This document shows positions 1 to 8,856 of a stretch of DNA of 47,235 bases, piece after piece. The translations under genes were made by a program, and so were the position numbers. The stretch comes from Candidatus Levybacteria bacterium CG_4_9_14_0_2_um_filter_35_21 (GTDB taxonomy: Bacteria > Patescibacteriota > Microgenomatia > Levybacterales > UBA12049), in assembly GCA_002788395.1 (NCBI GenBank), contig PFRF01000043.1:1-47235 (forward strand). Direction: 5' to 3'. How positions within the stretch are numbered: position 1 is the first letter of the stretch; each line of letters opens with the position of its first letter. The notes beneath the pieces are model-generated. The model ran no database searches. It saw nothing but the letters and a program-made list of their open reading frames with translations, and was not told the origin of the DNA.

Positions 1-2
1 TT

Positions 3-761
3 ACTGATTTTGAAACAGTTCTGGATAAAATTAGTGATTCTCAAGCATCTACAGTGTTTCATTTGGCGGCATATACAGATGTTAAGGGAGCAGAAGAAGA
101 AAAAGAGCTCAAGGAAAATAGTCAGTCATGGAAAATAAACGTAATTGGTACAGAAAACGTAGTTAAGGCGTGTGAGCAGACTGAAAAAAAAATAATTCAC
201 GTTTCAACAGATTTGGTTATAGGAGGGGATAATATGCCGGAGGGAGGATTTACAGAGGATGCCTTACCAAACCCCTTAAGCTGGTATGCAATAACTAAGC
301 ATGAGGCAGAAAAAATTATTGAAAAAATAAATTCTCCATGGTTAATCGCCAGAATAGCATACCCCTACAGAGCATCTTTTGAAAAACCTGATTTCGTCCG
401 CTTCTTTAGAGATTTACTAAAAGGAGGTAAGGAAATTTCTGTAATATCGGATCGATTAATCTCCCCGACTTTTATTGATGACCTTGCATTCGCTTTTGAA
501 GCATTAATGGAAAAAGATGTTACAGGAATTTTTCATGTAGTTGGGAGTCAGATTATAAGCTTACAGGATGCGGTTACTATGATTGCAGAGAACTTTAATT
601 TAGATAAGTCTTTAGTTAAAAAAACTACTAGGGAAGAATTCTTGGTTGGTCGTCCTCCTGAGCCCTTTTCATCTGCGCTTAGCAATGCTAAAATAAAACA
701 ACTTGGAATAAATATGCATACTTTTGAAGAAGGTTTGCATATTTTAAAGTTAAACATATGA
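3..761 (+). CDS. RmlD-like (dTDP-4-dehydrorhamnose reductase family) NAD(P)-dependent sugar-nucleotide reductase, 5' end cut by window edge
   Basis: Frame 3 is open from base 3 (TDFETVLDKISDSQAST-VFHLAAY), so the GTG at 54 in the ORF track is not the true start. FHLAAYTDV, HVSTDLV, YAITKHEAE (YxxxK) and SPTFIDDLA resemble RmlD-type SDRs. The TGA overlaps the next ATG (ATGA at 758-761). Confidence 0.7.
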   Translation, partial: TDFETVLDKISDSQASTVFHLAAYTDVKGAEEEKELKENSQSWKINVIGTENVVKACEQTEKKIIHVSTDLVIGGDNMPEGGFTEDALPNPLSWYAITKHEAEKIIEKINSPWLIARIAYPYRASFEKPDFVRFFRDLLKGGKEISVISDRLISPTFIDDLAFAFEALMEKDVTGIFHVVGSQIISLQDAVTMIAENFNLDKSLVKKTTREEFLVGRPPEPFSSALSNAKIKQLGINMHTFEEGLHILKLNI

Positions 762-2047
762 CAATTACATTTATAGGGCATGGGTATGTGGGATTAGTTA
801 CAGCATCCATCTTTGCTGATTTAGGAAATACTGTTTGGGTTGTTGGACATACTCCTGAAAAGATTGAAAACCTGAAGAAGGGAATAATTCCAATATTTGA
901 GCCGGGACTGGAAGAAATTGTAAAAAGAAATGTTAGAGCAGGTAGGCTTCTGTTTACGATGGATTATGACAAAGCAATCCCGGAGTCTTCGGCAATATTT
1001 ATTGCAGTTGGTACTCCTCCAAAGAGTACCGGAGAAGCAGATTTAACCGTAGTTTATGCTGTAGCGGAGAAATTAGCAAACCATCTTAGCGGATATACGG
1101 TAGTTTCCGTAAAGAGCACTGTTCCTGTTGGAACAAATAAAAAAGTTAAGAAATTAATTGAGGATTTAAAACCGGAAAAAGCGGAATTTGATATTGCTTC
1201 CATACCGGAGTTTTTAAGAGAAGGACAGGCAATCTCCGACACGATGCATCCCGATAGGATAGTAATTGGTACGGAATCAAAAAAAGCACAGGATCTAATG
1301 GTTGAACTCCATGAACCAATAGATGGTAATTATGTGTTAACAAATATCGAGACTGCGGAAATGATTAAGTATGCTGCTAACGCATTTCTGGCAACAAAAA
1401 TCTCATTTGCCAATGCAATCGCTTATCTCTCCGAATTAACAGGTGCAGATGGTTTAAAGGTTCTGGAAGCAGTTGGTTTTGATAAAAGAGTGGGATCGGC
1501 ATTCCTTTCTCCAGGGGCAGGATACGGTGGGAGCTGTTTTCCTAAAGACGTTAAGGCATTAATTGCCATTGCCGGTCAAAATGGTTATGATTTCGAGCTC
1601 TTAAAGTCTGTAGAAAAAATAAATACAATCGCCATGAACGATATCTTTAAAAAAGCGGAAAAAAGTTTAGGAGGAGTTAAAGATAAATCGATTGCAGTCT
1701 TGGGGTTGTCCTTTAAGCCGGATACGGACGACATGAGAGATGCTCCATCGGTTGTAATCATAAATAAACTTCTGGAAAAAGGAGCGAAAATAAAAGTTTT
1801 TGATCCTGTTGCCATGAATAATGCGAAAAAAATAATTAAAGGAATAGAATATTGTAAAGATTCTTATGAAACTGCAAAAGAGAGCGAAATATTAATAGTC
1901 TTAACCGAATGGAATGAATTTAGACAAATAGATCTTAAAAAAGTTGGAAAGTTAATGAAGAAAAAAATAATAATAGATGCCAGAAATATTTATGATCCTG
2001 AAAAAGTTAAGGAATTTGGGTTTATTTATATTGGGGTTGGAAGATGA
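758..2047 (+). CDS. ugd: UDP-glucose 6-dehydrogenase
   Basis: N-terminal Rossmann motif ITFIGHGYVGLV, catalytic-Cys region GYGGSCFPKDV, about 430 aa as expected. Translationally coupled to both neighbours. Confidence 0.92.
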   Translation: MTITFIGHGYVGLVTASIFADLGNTVWVVGHTPEKIENLKKGIIPIFEPGLEEIVKRNVRAGRLLFTMDYDKAIPESSAIFIAVGTPPKSTGEADLTVVYAVAEKLANHLSGYTVVSVKSTVPVGTNKKVKKLIEDLKPEKAEFDIASIPEFLREGQAISDTMHPDRIVIGTESKKAQDLMVELHEPIDGNYVLTNIETAEMIKYAANAFLATKISFANAIAYLSELTGADGLKVLEAVGFDKRVGSAFLSPGAGYGGSCFPKDVKALIAIAGQNGYDFELLKSVEKINTIAMNDIFKKAEKSLGGVKDKSIAVLGLSFKPDTDDMRDAPSVVIINKLLEKGAKIKVFDPVAMNNAKKIIKGIEYCKDSYETAKESEILIVLTEWNEFRQIDLKKVGKLMKKKIIIDARNIYDPEKVKEFGFIYIGVGR

Positions 2048-3003
2048 AAAAAGTTCTAATTACGGGATCTACAGGATTTGCCGGATCGCACCTTCTCCGT
2101 TATTTAGATACCTTGGGTAATTATGAACTATTCGGAACGTATCTTACAGAAGGTAGTCTTAATAATGTTGCTGATTTTTCTCAAAAAATAAATTTTGAAA
2201 AAATAGATTTAAGTCTTCAGGATAAAGTTGAGGAAATGATTGCCAAAATTAAACCTGATTATATTTTTCACCTTGCTGCGTTAGCATCATCTTCCAAAAG
2301 CTTTGATAATCCAAAACAAACATTGGTTAGCAATATCGAAACGGAATTAAATATTTTAGAGGGTGTTAGGAAAGCAAATTTATTTGAAACAAGGATTTTA
2401 ATTGTTTCCTCTGCAGAAATTTACGGTAAGGTGGATAAGGGTAATAATCCCCTTAATGAAGAAGCCCCTTTTAACCCTACCAGTTCATATGCCGTATCGA
2501 AAATTGCTCAAGACTTCCTAGGTTTACAGTATTTTCTAACTTATAATCTAAAAACAATTAGGGTTAGACCATTTAACCATATTGGCCCGGCACAATCTCA
2601 GGGATTTGTTGTCGCGGATTTTGCCAAAAAAATTGTTCAAATAGAAAAAGGAAAGATAAAACCAATATTAAAGGTTGGAAACTTAGAAACAAGCAGAGAT
2701 TTTACAGACGTTAGGGATATGGTTAAAGCTTACGTGCTTTTAATGGAAAAAGGGGAACCTGGAGGTGTCTATAACATCGGATCGGGTATTTCTTATAAAA
2801 TTTCTGAGATATTGGAAAAACTTATATCATTATCAAAAGTAAAGATAAAAGTTAAGGCTGATAAATCGTTATTTAGACCTGTTGATAATACGGAGCTTGT
2901 CTGTGATTTTTCTAAAATGAAAAAAATTACCGATTGGAAACCCGAGATTTTAATTGAAAAAACTTTAAAAGATACTCTGGACTATTTTAGAAATATAATT
3001 TAG
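2044..3003 (+). CDS. rmd: GDP-6-deoxy-D-mannose (GDP-4-dehydro-6-deoxy-D-mannose) reductase-like SDR
   Basis: [53 protein letters not shown] and TDWKPEI closely parallel Pseudomonas Rmd as recalled from memory. Lies directly upstream of gmd. Confidence 0.75.
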   Translation: MKKVLITGSTGFAGSHLLRYLDTLGNYELFGTYLTEGSLNNVADFSQKINFEKIDLSLQDKVEEMIAKIKPDYIFHLAALASSSKSFDNPKQTLVSNIETELNILEGVRKANLFETRILIVSSAEIYGKVDKGNNPLNEEAPFNPTSSYAVSKIAQDFLGLQYFLTYNLKTIRVRPFNHIGPAQSQGFVVADFAKKIVQIEKGKIKPILKVGNLETSRDFTDVRDMVKAYVLLMEKGEPGGVYNIGSGISYKISEILEKLISLSKVKIKVKADKSLFRPVDNTELVCDFSKMKKITDWKPEILIEKTLKDTLDYFRNII

Positions 3004-3013
3004 AATAATATTT

Positions 3014-3982
3014 ATGAAAAGAGCTTTAATTACAGGTATTACAGGACAAGACGGATCATATCTGGCAGAATTTTTGTTAAAAAAAGATTATAAAGTTTTT
3101 GGCTTAACCCGTAGAACCAGTACTGTAAATAATGAAAGAATTGCTCATATTCAAGAAAAAATAGAATTATTGCAGGGAGATCTTTTGGATCAAAGCTCTC
3201 TATCGGAAGCAATTCTTAAATCGGAACCGGATGAGGTCTATAATTTAGCTGCCCAATCGTTTGTTAAAACTTCTTGGAATCAGCCTGTTCTAACGGGAGA
3301 ATTTACAGCATTAGGTGTAACCAGAATTCTTGAGGCAATAAGGGTTCTTAATCCAAAGATTAAATTTTACCAGGCATCTTCATCGGAAATGTTTGGAAAA
3401 GTAACAGAAACTCCACAAAAAGAAACAACGAGATTTCATCCCAGAAGTCCCTATGGTGTTGCAAAGGTTTACGGTCATTATTTAACTCTTAATTATAGAG
3501 AAAGCTATGATATATTTGCTTGTTCAGGTATACTTTTTAACCATGAATCTCCAAGAAGAGGATTAGAGTTTGTTACAAGAAAAATTAGTCATGCTGTTGC
3601 AAGAATTTCGCTTGGTAAACAAAAAACGCTTGAACTGGGAAGTCTTGATCCAAAAAGAGATTGGGGGTTTGCCGGTGACTATGTCGAGGCAATGTGGTTA
3701 ATGCTTAATCAAAATGAACCAGACGATTTTGTTATAGCAACGGGAGAAAATCATTCGGTAAGAGAGTTTGTGAATTTATCGTTTGAGGCAGTAGGGATAA
3801 AAAATTGGGAAAAATATGTAGTAACAGACCATCCAGACCATATGAGACCGGCAGAAGTTGACTATCTAATTGGTGATTGCAGTAAGGCAAAGAAAAAATT
3901 AGGCTGGGAAGCAAAAACAAGCTTTAAAGAGTTGGTGAAAATGATGGTTAAAGCAGACCTCGAATCCGAAAAAGATAGATAA
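3014..3982 (+). CDS. gmd: GDP-mannose 4,6-dehydratase
   Basis: [41 protein letters not shown] and [14 protein letters not shown] are hallmark Gmd motifs. Confidence 0.92.
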   Translation: MKRALITGITGQDGSYLAEFLLKKDYKVFGLTRRTSTVNNERIAHIQEKIELLQGDLLDQSSLSEAILKSEPDEVYNLAAQSFVKTSWNQPVLTGEFTALGVTRILEAIRVLNPKIKFYQASSSEMFGKVTETPQKETTRFHPRSPYGVAKVYGHYLTLNYRESYDIFACSGILFNHESPRRGLEFVTRKISHAVARISLGKQKTLELGSLDPKRDWGFAGDYVEAMWLMLNQNEPDDFVIATGENHSVREFVNLSFEAVGIKNWEKYVVTDHPDHMRPAEVDYLIGDCSKAKKKLGWEAKTSFKELVKMMVKADLESEKDR

Positions 3983-3984
3983 TT

Positions 3985-4935
3985 ATGCAGACTGTTTTAG
4001 TGGCCGGGGGAGCAGGATTTATTGGTTCTCATCTTTGCCGCGAATTATTAAAAGAAAATTTTAGAGTGATTTGCTTAGATAATCTTATAACCGGAGAAAA
4101 AGAAAATATTAAAGATTTTTTAACGAATAATAACTTTTCTTTTAAAGAAGTAGATATTACTAAAGATTTTTTTCTGGAAGAAAAAATACACTATATTTTT
4201 GATTTGGCATCTCCGGCCTCTCCAAATGCAAAAAGTTCCAGAAGCTATATAGCTTTTCCAATAGAAACACTTCTTGTAAATTCAATTGGAACATACAATT
4301 TATTAAGAATTGCCAAAGAAAATAAAGCTAAATTTCTTTATGTTTCTTCATCGGAAATTTATGGAGATCCGGAGGTAAATCCTCAGCCCGAAACATATCA
4401 TGGATACGTTAATCCAAATGGGATTAGATCGGTATATGATGAGGGAAAGAGATTTGGCGAGTCAATGACGATGGCTTTTTTTAGAAAATATAACTTAGAC
4501 ATTAGGATTATTAGAATTTTTAATACCTTTGGTCCAATTATGAGAGCAGACGATGGAAGAGTTGTTTCTAATTTTATTAACCAGGCTTTAAAAAACGAAC
4601 CGTTAACGATTTACGGAACAGGAAAACAAACCAGAAGCTTTTGCTACATAGATGATATGGTGTTGGGACTAAAAAAGGCGATGTTTTCCGAAAATTCCAA
4701 CGGAGAAGTCTTTAATTTGGGAAATCCGGATGAAAGAACGGTTCAAGAGATGGCAAAGCTAATTAAAGAACTAACTAATTCAGAGTCAAAAATCGAGTTT
4801 GAATCTTTGCCCGAAGATGATCCGAAGATCAGAAAGCCGGATATCGGCAAAGCGAAAAGATTGTTGAATTGGGAACCAAAAGTATCTATTGAAATGGGCA
4901 TAGAAAAAACCATACAATATTTTAAGAAACTATGA
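3985..4935 (+). CDS. uxs: UDP-glucuronate decarboxylase (UDP-xylose synthase)
   Basis: VAGGAGFIGSHLCRELL, VICLDNLITG, SSSEIYGDP, YDEGKRFGE and RIFNTFGP are typical of UXS. It follows ugd functionally (UDP-GlcA to UDP-Xyl). Confidence 0.85.
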   Translation: MQTVLVAGGAGFIGSHLCRELLKENFRVICLDNLITGEKENIKDFLTNNNFSFKEVDITKDFFLEEKIHYIFDLASPASPNAKSSRSYIAFPIETLLVNSIGTYNLLRIAKENKAKFLYVSSSEIYGDPEVNPQPETYHGYVNPNGIRSVYDEGKRFGESMTMAFFRKYNLDIRIIRIFNTFGPIMRADDGRVVSNFINQALKNEPLTIYGTGKQTRSFCYIDDMVLGLKKAMFSENSNGEVFNLGNPDERTVQEMAKLIKELTNSESKIEFESLPEDDPKIRKPDIGKAKRLLNWEPKVSIEMGIEKTIQYFKKL

Positions 4936-6062
4936 AAGTCGTAATTATTATTCCTACCTACAACGAAAAAGGTAATATCGACAGAATTGTACCTACCCTT
5001 GAGGAAGAAATTTTTCCGCAAATTAAAAACCACGAAATGGCTATTTTAGTTGCTGATGATAGGTCTCCTGATGGTACAGCAGATCAAGTTAAAAAGCTTA
5101 TGGAAAAATGGAAAAATATCGATCTTATCTCCGGAGAAAAGCAAGGGTTAGGAGCTGCCTACATGAGAGCAATGGCTTACGCAATCGATAGAATGGGGGC
5201 AGAAGTTATGTTTGAGATGGACGCGGATTTGTCTCATGATCCACATAAAGTTCCGGATTTCTTACAAAAAATAGACGAAGGAGCAGATTTTGTAATTGGT
5301 ACGCGCTATAGCGAAGGAGGTTCAATTCCCGAGAACTGGGGATTAATTAGGAAAATTTATTCTATATTCGGCAATATTCTGATAAGAATAATTTTAATGC
5401 GGTTTTCTATTCATGATTGGACCGGTGGATATAGGGCAATTAAGAAAGAGGTTTTTCTAAACGAAAGTAAAAAAATAAAAGAGGTTAGAAATTATACTTT
5501 TCAAATATCTTTCTTACATCATGCGGTTCAAGACGGTTTTAAGGTTGCGGAAGTGCCGATTAATTTTACAGATAGAACCATGGGAAGATCAAAGCTTGCT
5601 GCAAAATCTTATATAATAGGCGTATTAAAATATTGTTTTATTGCAAGATTTAAAGAACTGGCGTTTGGTCCTTTTGGAAAATTTCTTGTTGTTGGGGGAA
5701 CAGGTTTCGTAATACAGTTTGTTATTTACAATTTATTTATTAAATATGCGAGTTTACCTTTAGCTTTCGGAAGCTGGGTTGCGGCTCAGCCGGCAATATT
5801 CTCCAATTTTAACCTTAATAATTTATGGACATTTAAAGAAGACAAAAGTAAAGGTTTTCTAAGCTACATTACAAAAATTGTTATTTTTTTCTTTACTTCA
5901 AATATTGGGGTTTTATTTATCCAATCCGGAATAATTTATATTCTTGAATATCTATTCGGAAGAAAATACGCAAATTTCTACTTTATTTTTGCTACAGCTG
6001 TTCTTTTAGTCTGGAACTTTACAATGTATAGATTTGTCATTTGGAGAAAAAAAACCTCATAA
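4932..6062 (+). CDS. GT2 polyprenyl-phosphate sugar synthase (Dpm1/GtrB-like) fused to a C-terminal GtrA-like 4-TM domain
   Basis: N-terminus IIIPTYNEKGNI, ADDRSPDGT, EMDADLSHDP (DxD region). C-terminus FGKFLVVGGTGFVIQFVIYNLF ... YRFVIW is GtrA-like. ATGA overlap with uxs. Confidence 0.8.
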   Translation: MKVVIIIPTYNEKGNIDRIVPTLEEEIFPQIKNHEMAILVADDRSPDGTADQVKKLMEKWKNIDLISGEKQGLGAAYMRAMAYAIDRMGAEVMFEMDADLSHDPHKVPDFLQKIDEGADFVIGTRYSEGGSIPENWGLIRKIYSIFGNILIRIILMRFSIHDWTGGYRAIKKEVFLNESKKIKEVRNYTFQISFLHHAVQDGFKVAEVPINFTDRTMGRSKLAAKSYIIGVLKYCFIARFKELAFGPFGKFLVVGGTGFVIQFVIYNLFIKYASLPLAFGSWVAAQPAIFSNFNLNNLWTFKEDKSKGFLSYITKIVIFFFTSNIGVLFIQSGIIYILEYLFGRKYANFYFIFATAVLLVWNFTMYRFVIWRKKTS

Positions 6063-7646
6063 ATGAGAATTAATAATTCAGAATTTAGAATTCAGAATTT
6101 ATTTCGTTGGTTTCCGATTGTTAGTATCCTTTTTGTTTCTGCTTTTTTAAGACTTTATAGAATCCGGGATTATATGACTTTTTTAGGAGACGAAGGAAGA
6201 GATGCAATTGTGGTCTATAACATCCTACATGGCAAATTAACACTGCTTGGTCCAACCGCTTCGGTTGGGGGATTTTTTTTAGGACCAATTTACTATTATT
6301 TTATGGCGGTTTTTACCTTTATATTTAATTATGATCCCGTAGGTCCTTCGGTAATGGTTGCAGTCTTTGGTATTGCGACAGTGTGGTTAGTATATAAGGT
6401 TTGTAATGAATTTTTTGGAAAGTATGTTGCCACTGTTGCGGCGCTTCTATATGCAGTATCTCCTATTGTGGTTGCCTATTCGCGGTCTTCCTGGAATCCA
6501 AATCCTTTACCATTTTTTTCGTTACTTATCCTCTATCTTTTATATAAAGCTTTAACAAAAAACAAAAAATATTTATTTATAGTCAGCGGTTTTCTGCTTG
6601 GAATAGCCCTGCAGCTTCATTATCTAGCACTGTTTTTGGGAGTAGTTTTAGGATTTTATATTTTTTTATCTAACATAAAATCAGTTAAAAATCTTCCTAA
6701 ATTAATCTCCGGGTTAACTATGCAATATTTTTTAATATTTGCCGGTTTTTTGGTGGGATGGTTGCCGTTTTTAGCATTTGAATTTCGTCATGGCTTTCCT
6801 AATATTCAAAGTATTTTTAATTTTATTTTTCATTCCGGGCAAACAGGGAAAACCAGCCAAACACTTGCAATTATTTATGATGTTTTCTTTAGGCTTTTTG
6901 GAAGGTTAGTTGCTTCTTTTCCAACTCCGGAAAAAGTTAATTTTAACAATCCGATGTTTGCGGCATGGTATTTATTTATTTTGTTGCTTGGCGTTATAAG
7001 TATTTTAACTTTAATACTTAAATTATTTAAATCGTTTAAAAAAGAAAACATTGAATATAATAAATATTTATTACTTTTTTCTTGGGTATTTTTTGGAATA
7101 CTAATGTTTGGTTTTTACAAAAAAACTATTTACGAATACTATTTTGGTTTTATGTTTCCGGTACCATTTATTTTAGTCGGACTTAGTATACTCGAGCTCA
7201 AAGAACGATTGCCGAAATTCGGAAAAATTGCTGCTCCGATACTGGTATGTGCACTTTTTCTAATAAATATTCAGGGCGTGCCATTCCGTTATGAGCCAAA
7301 TAGACAGTTGAATCAGATGGAGCAAGTTTCCAACTTTGTTTTTACAAAAACAGATGCAAAACCATTTAATTTTGCTCTTATCTCCGGTAATAACTCAGAT
7401 CATGCGTATAGGTATTTTTTTACAGTCTGGGGTAGACCTCCTGTAACCATAGAATATTCGGGAAAAGATCCTCTAAGAAAATCCGTAATGGATCAACTAT
7501 TTGTTGTATGCGAGAGTTTGCCATGTAGGCCGGAAGGGAATTCTCTTTGGGAAATTGCCGGTTTTGGTAGGGCACAAATTGTAGGAGAATGGAACGTCTC
7601 CGTTGTAAAAGTCTATAAGCTAGAACATTATAAAGGTAAAAAGTAA
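6063..7646 (+). CDS. GT-C fold membrane glycosyltransferase (ArnT/PMT, GT39/83-like)
   Basis: More than 10 predicted TM segments. Acidic first-loop motif FLGDEGRDAIV. Soluble C-terminal domain. Starts 1 nt after the stop of the GT2-GtrA gene. Confidence 0.7.
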   Translation: MRINNSEFRIQNLFRWFPIVSILFVSAFLRLYRIRDYMTFLGDEGRDAIVVYNILHGKLTLLGPTASVGGFFLGPIYYYFMAVFTFIFNYDPVGPSVMVAVFGIATVWLVYKVCNEFFGKYVATVAALLYAVSPIVVAYSRSSWNPNPLPFFSLLILYLLYKALTKNKKYLFIVSGFLLGIALQLHYLALFLGVVLGFYIFLSNIKSVKNLPKLISGLTMQYFLIFAGFLVGWLPFLAFEFRHGFPNIQSIFNFIFHSGQTGKTSQTLAIIYDVFFRLFGRLVASFPTPEKVNFNNPMFAAWYLFILLLGVISILTLILKLFKSFKKENIEYNKYLLLFSWVFFGILMFGFYKKTIYEYYFGFMFPVPFILVGLSILELKERLPKFGKIAAPILVCALFLINIQGVPFRYEPNRQLNQMEQVSNFVFTKTDAKPFNFALISGNNSDHAYRYFFTVWGRPPVTIEYSGKDPLRKSVMDQLFVVCESLPCRPEGNSLWEIAGFGRAQIVGEWNVSVVKVYKLEHYKGKK

Positions 7647-7670
7647 GAGATGTCTTAGACATTCCCATCT

Positions 7671-7712
7671 GTCAGCGCTTGCCAGCTCGCATGCCGAGCA
7701 AAGCGAGGCGAC
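7671..7712. repeat. GC-rich imperfect palindromic (REP-like) hairpin
   Basis: Nested pairing: GTC/GAC (7671-73 with 7710-12), CGCTT/AAGCG (7676-80 with 7701-05), GCTCG/CGAGC (7685-89 with 7695-99). Sits in otherwise AT-rich intergenic DNA. Confidence 0.4.
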
Positions 7713-7756
7713 CAGACCACATTTTAAGGTAGAAGAATTAAATAGAGAATCCAAAT

Positions 7757-7784
7757 AAAACCCCCCAAGAAATTGAGGGGTTTT
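7757..7784. terminator. Bidirectional intrinsic terminator between convergent genes
   Basis: AAAACCCCCC-aagaaattga-GGGGTTTT. The C/G stem is flanked by A-run and T-run, so each strand reads hairpin plus U-tract. Lies between the stop at 7646 (+) and the stop at 7827 (-). Confidence 0.6.
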
Positions 7785-7826
7785 ACTGTTTCTTGAATAT
7801 TTCCTTCGAAGGACTTTCAAGAAAGA

Positions 7827-7970
7827 CTAAGCAGCTCCAATTCTGTACATTCCTGTACCACAAACTGGGCATTTCCCTTTAAGGGCCGGTTTACCATTTT
7901 TCATGGTAACTTTTTGTGCATTCGCATCTTCTCTTTTTTCTCTGCATTTCACGCAATACATTTGTGCCAT
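7827..7970 (-). CDS. Small zinc-ribbon protein, DUF5679-like (47 aa), absent from ORF track because under 60 aa
   Basis: Translation MAQMYCVKCREKREDANAQKVTMKNGKPALKGKCPVCGTGMYRIGAA has two CxxC pairs. A strong SD GGAGGTG (reverse complement of 7980-7986) lies 9 nt upstream of the ATG. The terminator at 7757-7784 lies downstream. Confidence 0.75.
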   Translation of the reverse strand: MAQMYCVKCREKREDANAQKVTMKNGKPALKGKCPVCGTGMYRIGAA

Positions 7971-8051
7971 TATATAATCACCTCCCCTCATCCGTCGTTA
8001 CTATACTAGGACGGAGTTCAATGTTTGAAATATCTCTTTTACGCATAATCC

Positions 8052-8324
8052 TTAATATATTAGTCCGGGTAAAAAAAAGATATGATTTCTTAAAAAGAAA
8101 TAAAGTGCAAATTGGATTACAATAATGGATAAAGTAAGCAGCGTAGTTTTTTTTAAATCTGCCCGCAAATAAGGGTAAAGAACAGTCTTGGTAGGTGTAA
8201 CCAATAGCGGTTGTTCTTGATTTTTTGGGACAATTTTATAGGAGAAAGTGGCTTTTTGACCGAAAGATAATTGCCGACGATGATCAGATTCTATCTTTTC
8301 TTGTCTTGTCCTTCTCTTAGGCAT
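8052..8324 (-). CDS. Hypothetical small membrane protein (basic N-terminus, C-terminal TM)
   Basis: ORF of 90 aa. MPKRRTRQEK basic head and LLTLSIIVIQFALYFFL hydrophobic segment. No recognised family. Confidence 0.45.
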   Translation of the reverse strand: MPKRRTRQEKIESDHRRQLSFGQKATFSYKIVPKNQEQPLLVTPTKTVLYPYLRADLKKTTLLTLSIIVIQFALYFFLRNHIFFLPGLIY

Positions 8325-8347
8325 GTTCGAAGCCTAGATTACACTAC

Positions 8348-8376
8348 TTGACACTACCATGTCAAGAGGCTAACAT
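8348..8376 (+). promoter_or_regulatory. Sigma70-like promoter TTGACA-N17-TAACAT, 12 nt before ATG 8389
   Basis: TTGACA at 8348-8353, TAACAT at 8371-8376. The -35 box sits inside the inverted repeat CTTGAC-N8-GTCAAG (8347-8366). Confidence 0.4.
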
Positions 8377-8388
8377 AGATAAATATCT

Positions 8389-8856
8389 ATGTTGCTTAAT
8401 TTTGCCTACCTCGGTTTTGGAATTTTATTTTTATGGTTAATAATACTTACAGTTTATTTTTGGAAACTTTCCTCTCATTATAATAAGCTTACAAAAGGCG
8501 CAAACGGTAAAAGTTTAAATATTATTTTAGAAAATCTTTTAAAGGACATGGATCTTTCCAAAAAAGACATAGAAAAGCTTAAGAGATATTCGGAAAAACT
8601 TTATAAAGATAGCCTTTTGCATATTCAGAGGGTTGGACTGGTCCGCTACAATCCTTTTAAAGATACTGGAGGAGATCAAAGTTTTGTGTTATCCTTAACT
8701 GACGGACACAATACGGGGGTTGTTATCTCCGCTCTTTATTCAAGGTCGGGTACGAGATGGTATGCTAAGAGAGTAAATGGAGGAAAGGGTGTAGATAACG
8801 AGTTATCGGAAGAAGAGAAAAGATCAATCAAGGAAGCACGGGGGATAAATAAATGA
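8389..8856 (+). CDS. DUF4446 family protein
   Basis: N-terminal TM, coiled region, then VGLVRYNPFKDTGGDQSFVLSLTD ... VISALYSRSGTRWYAK, typical of DUF4446. Confidence 0.7.
   Translation: MLLNFAYLGFGILFLWLIILTVYFWKLSSHYNKLTKGANGKSLNIILENLLKDMDLSKKDIEKLKRYSEKLYKDSLLHIQRVGLVRYNPFKDTGGDQSFVLSLTDGHNTGVVISALYSRSGTRWYAKRVNGGKGVDNELSEEEKRSIKEARGINK

Noticed and set aside
7671-7712. SRP (4.5S) RNA in the GC-rich hairpin
   Set aside because: The loop is CATGC rather than a GNRA tetraloop, and the conserved symmetric and asymmetric loop motifs of SRP domain IV are absent. Too short.
7620-8125. ORFs 7620-7820 (minus) and 7916-8125 (plus)
   Set aside because: The first runs through the REP-like hairpins and the terminator. 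The second is antisense to the small zinc-ribbon gene and its promoter. Neither has a motif or an RBS.
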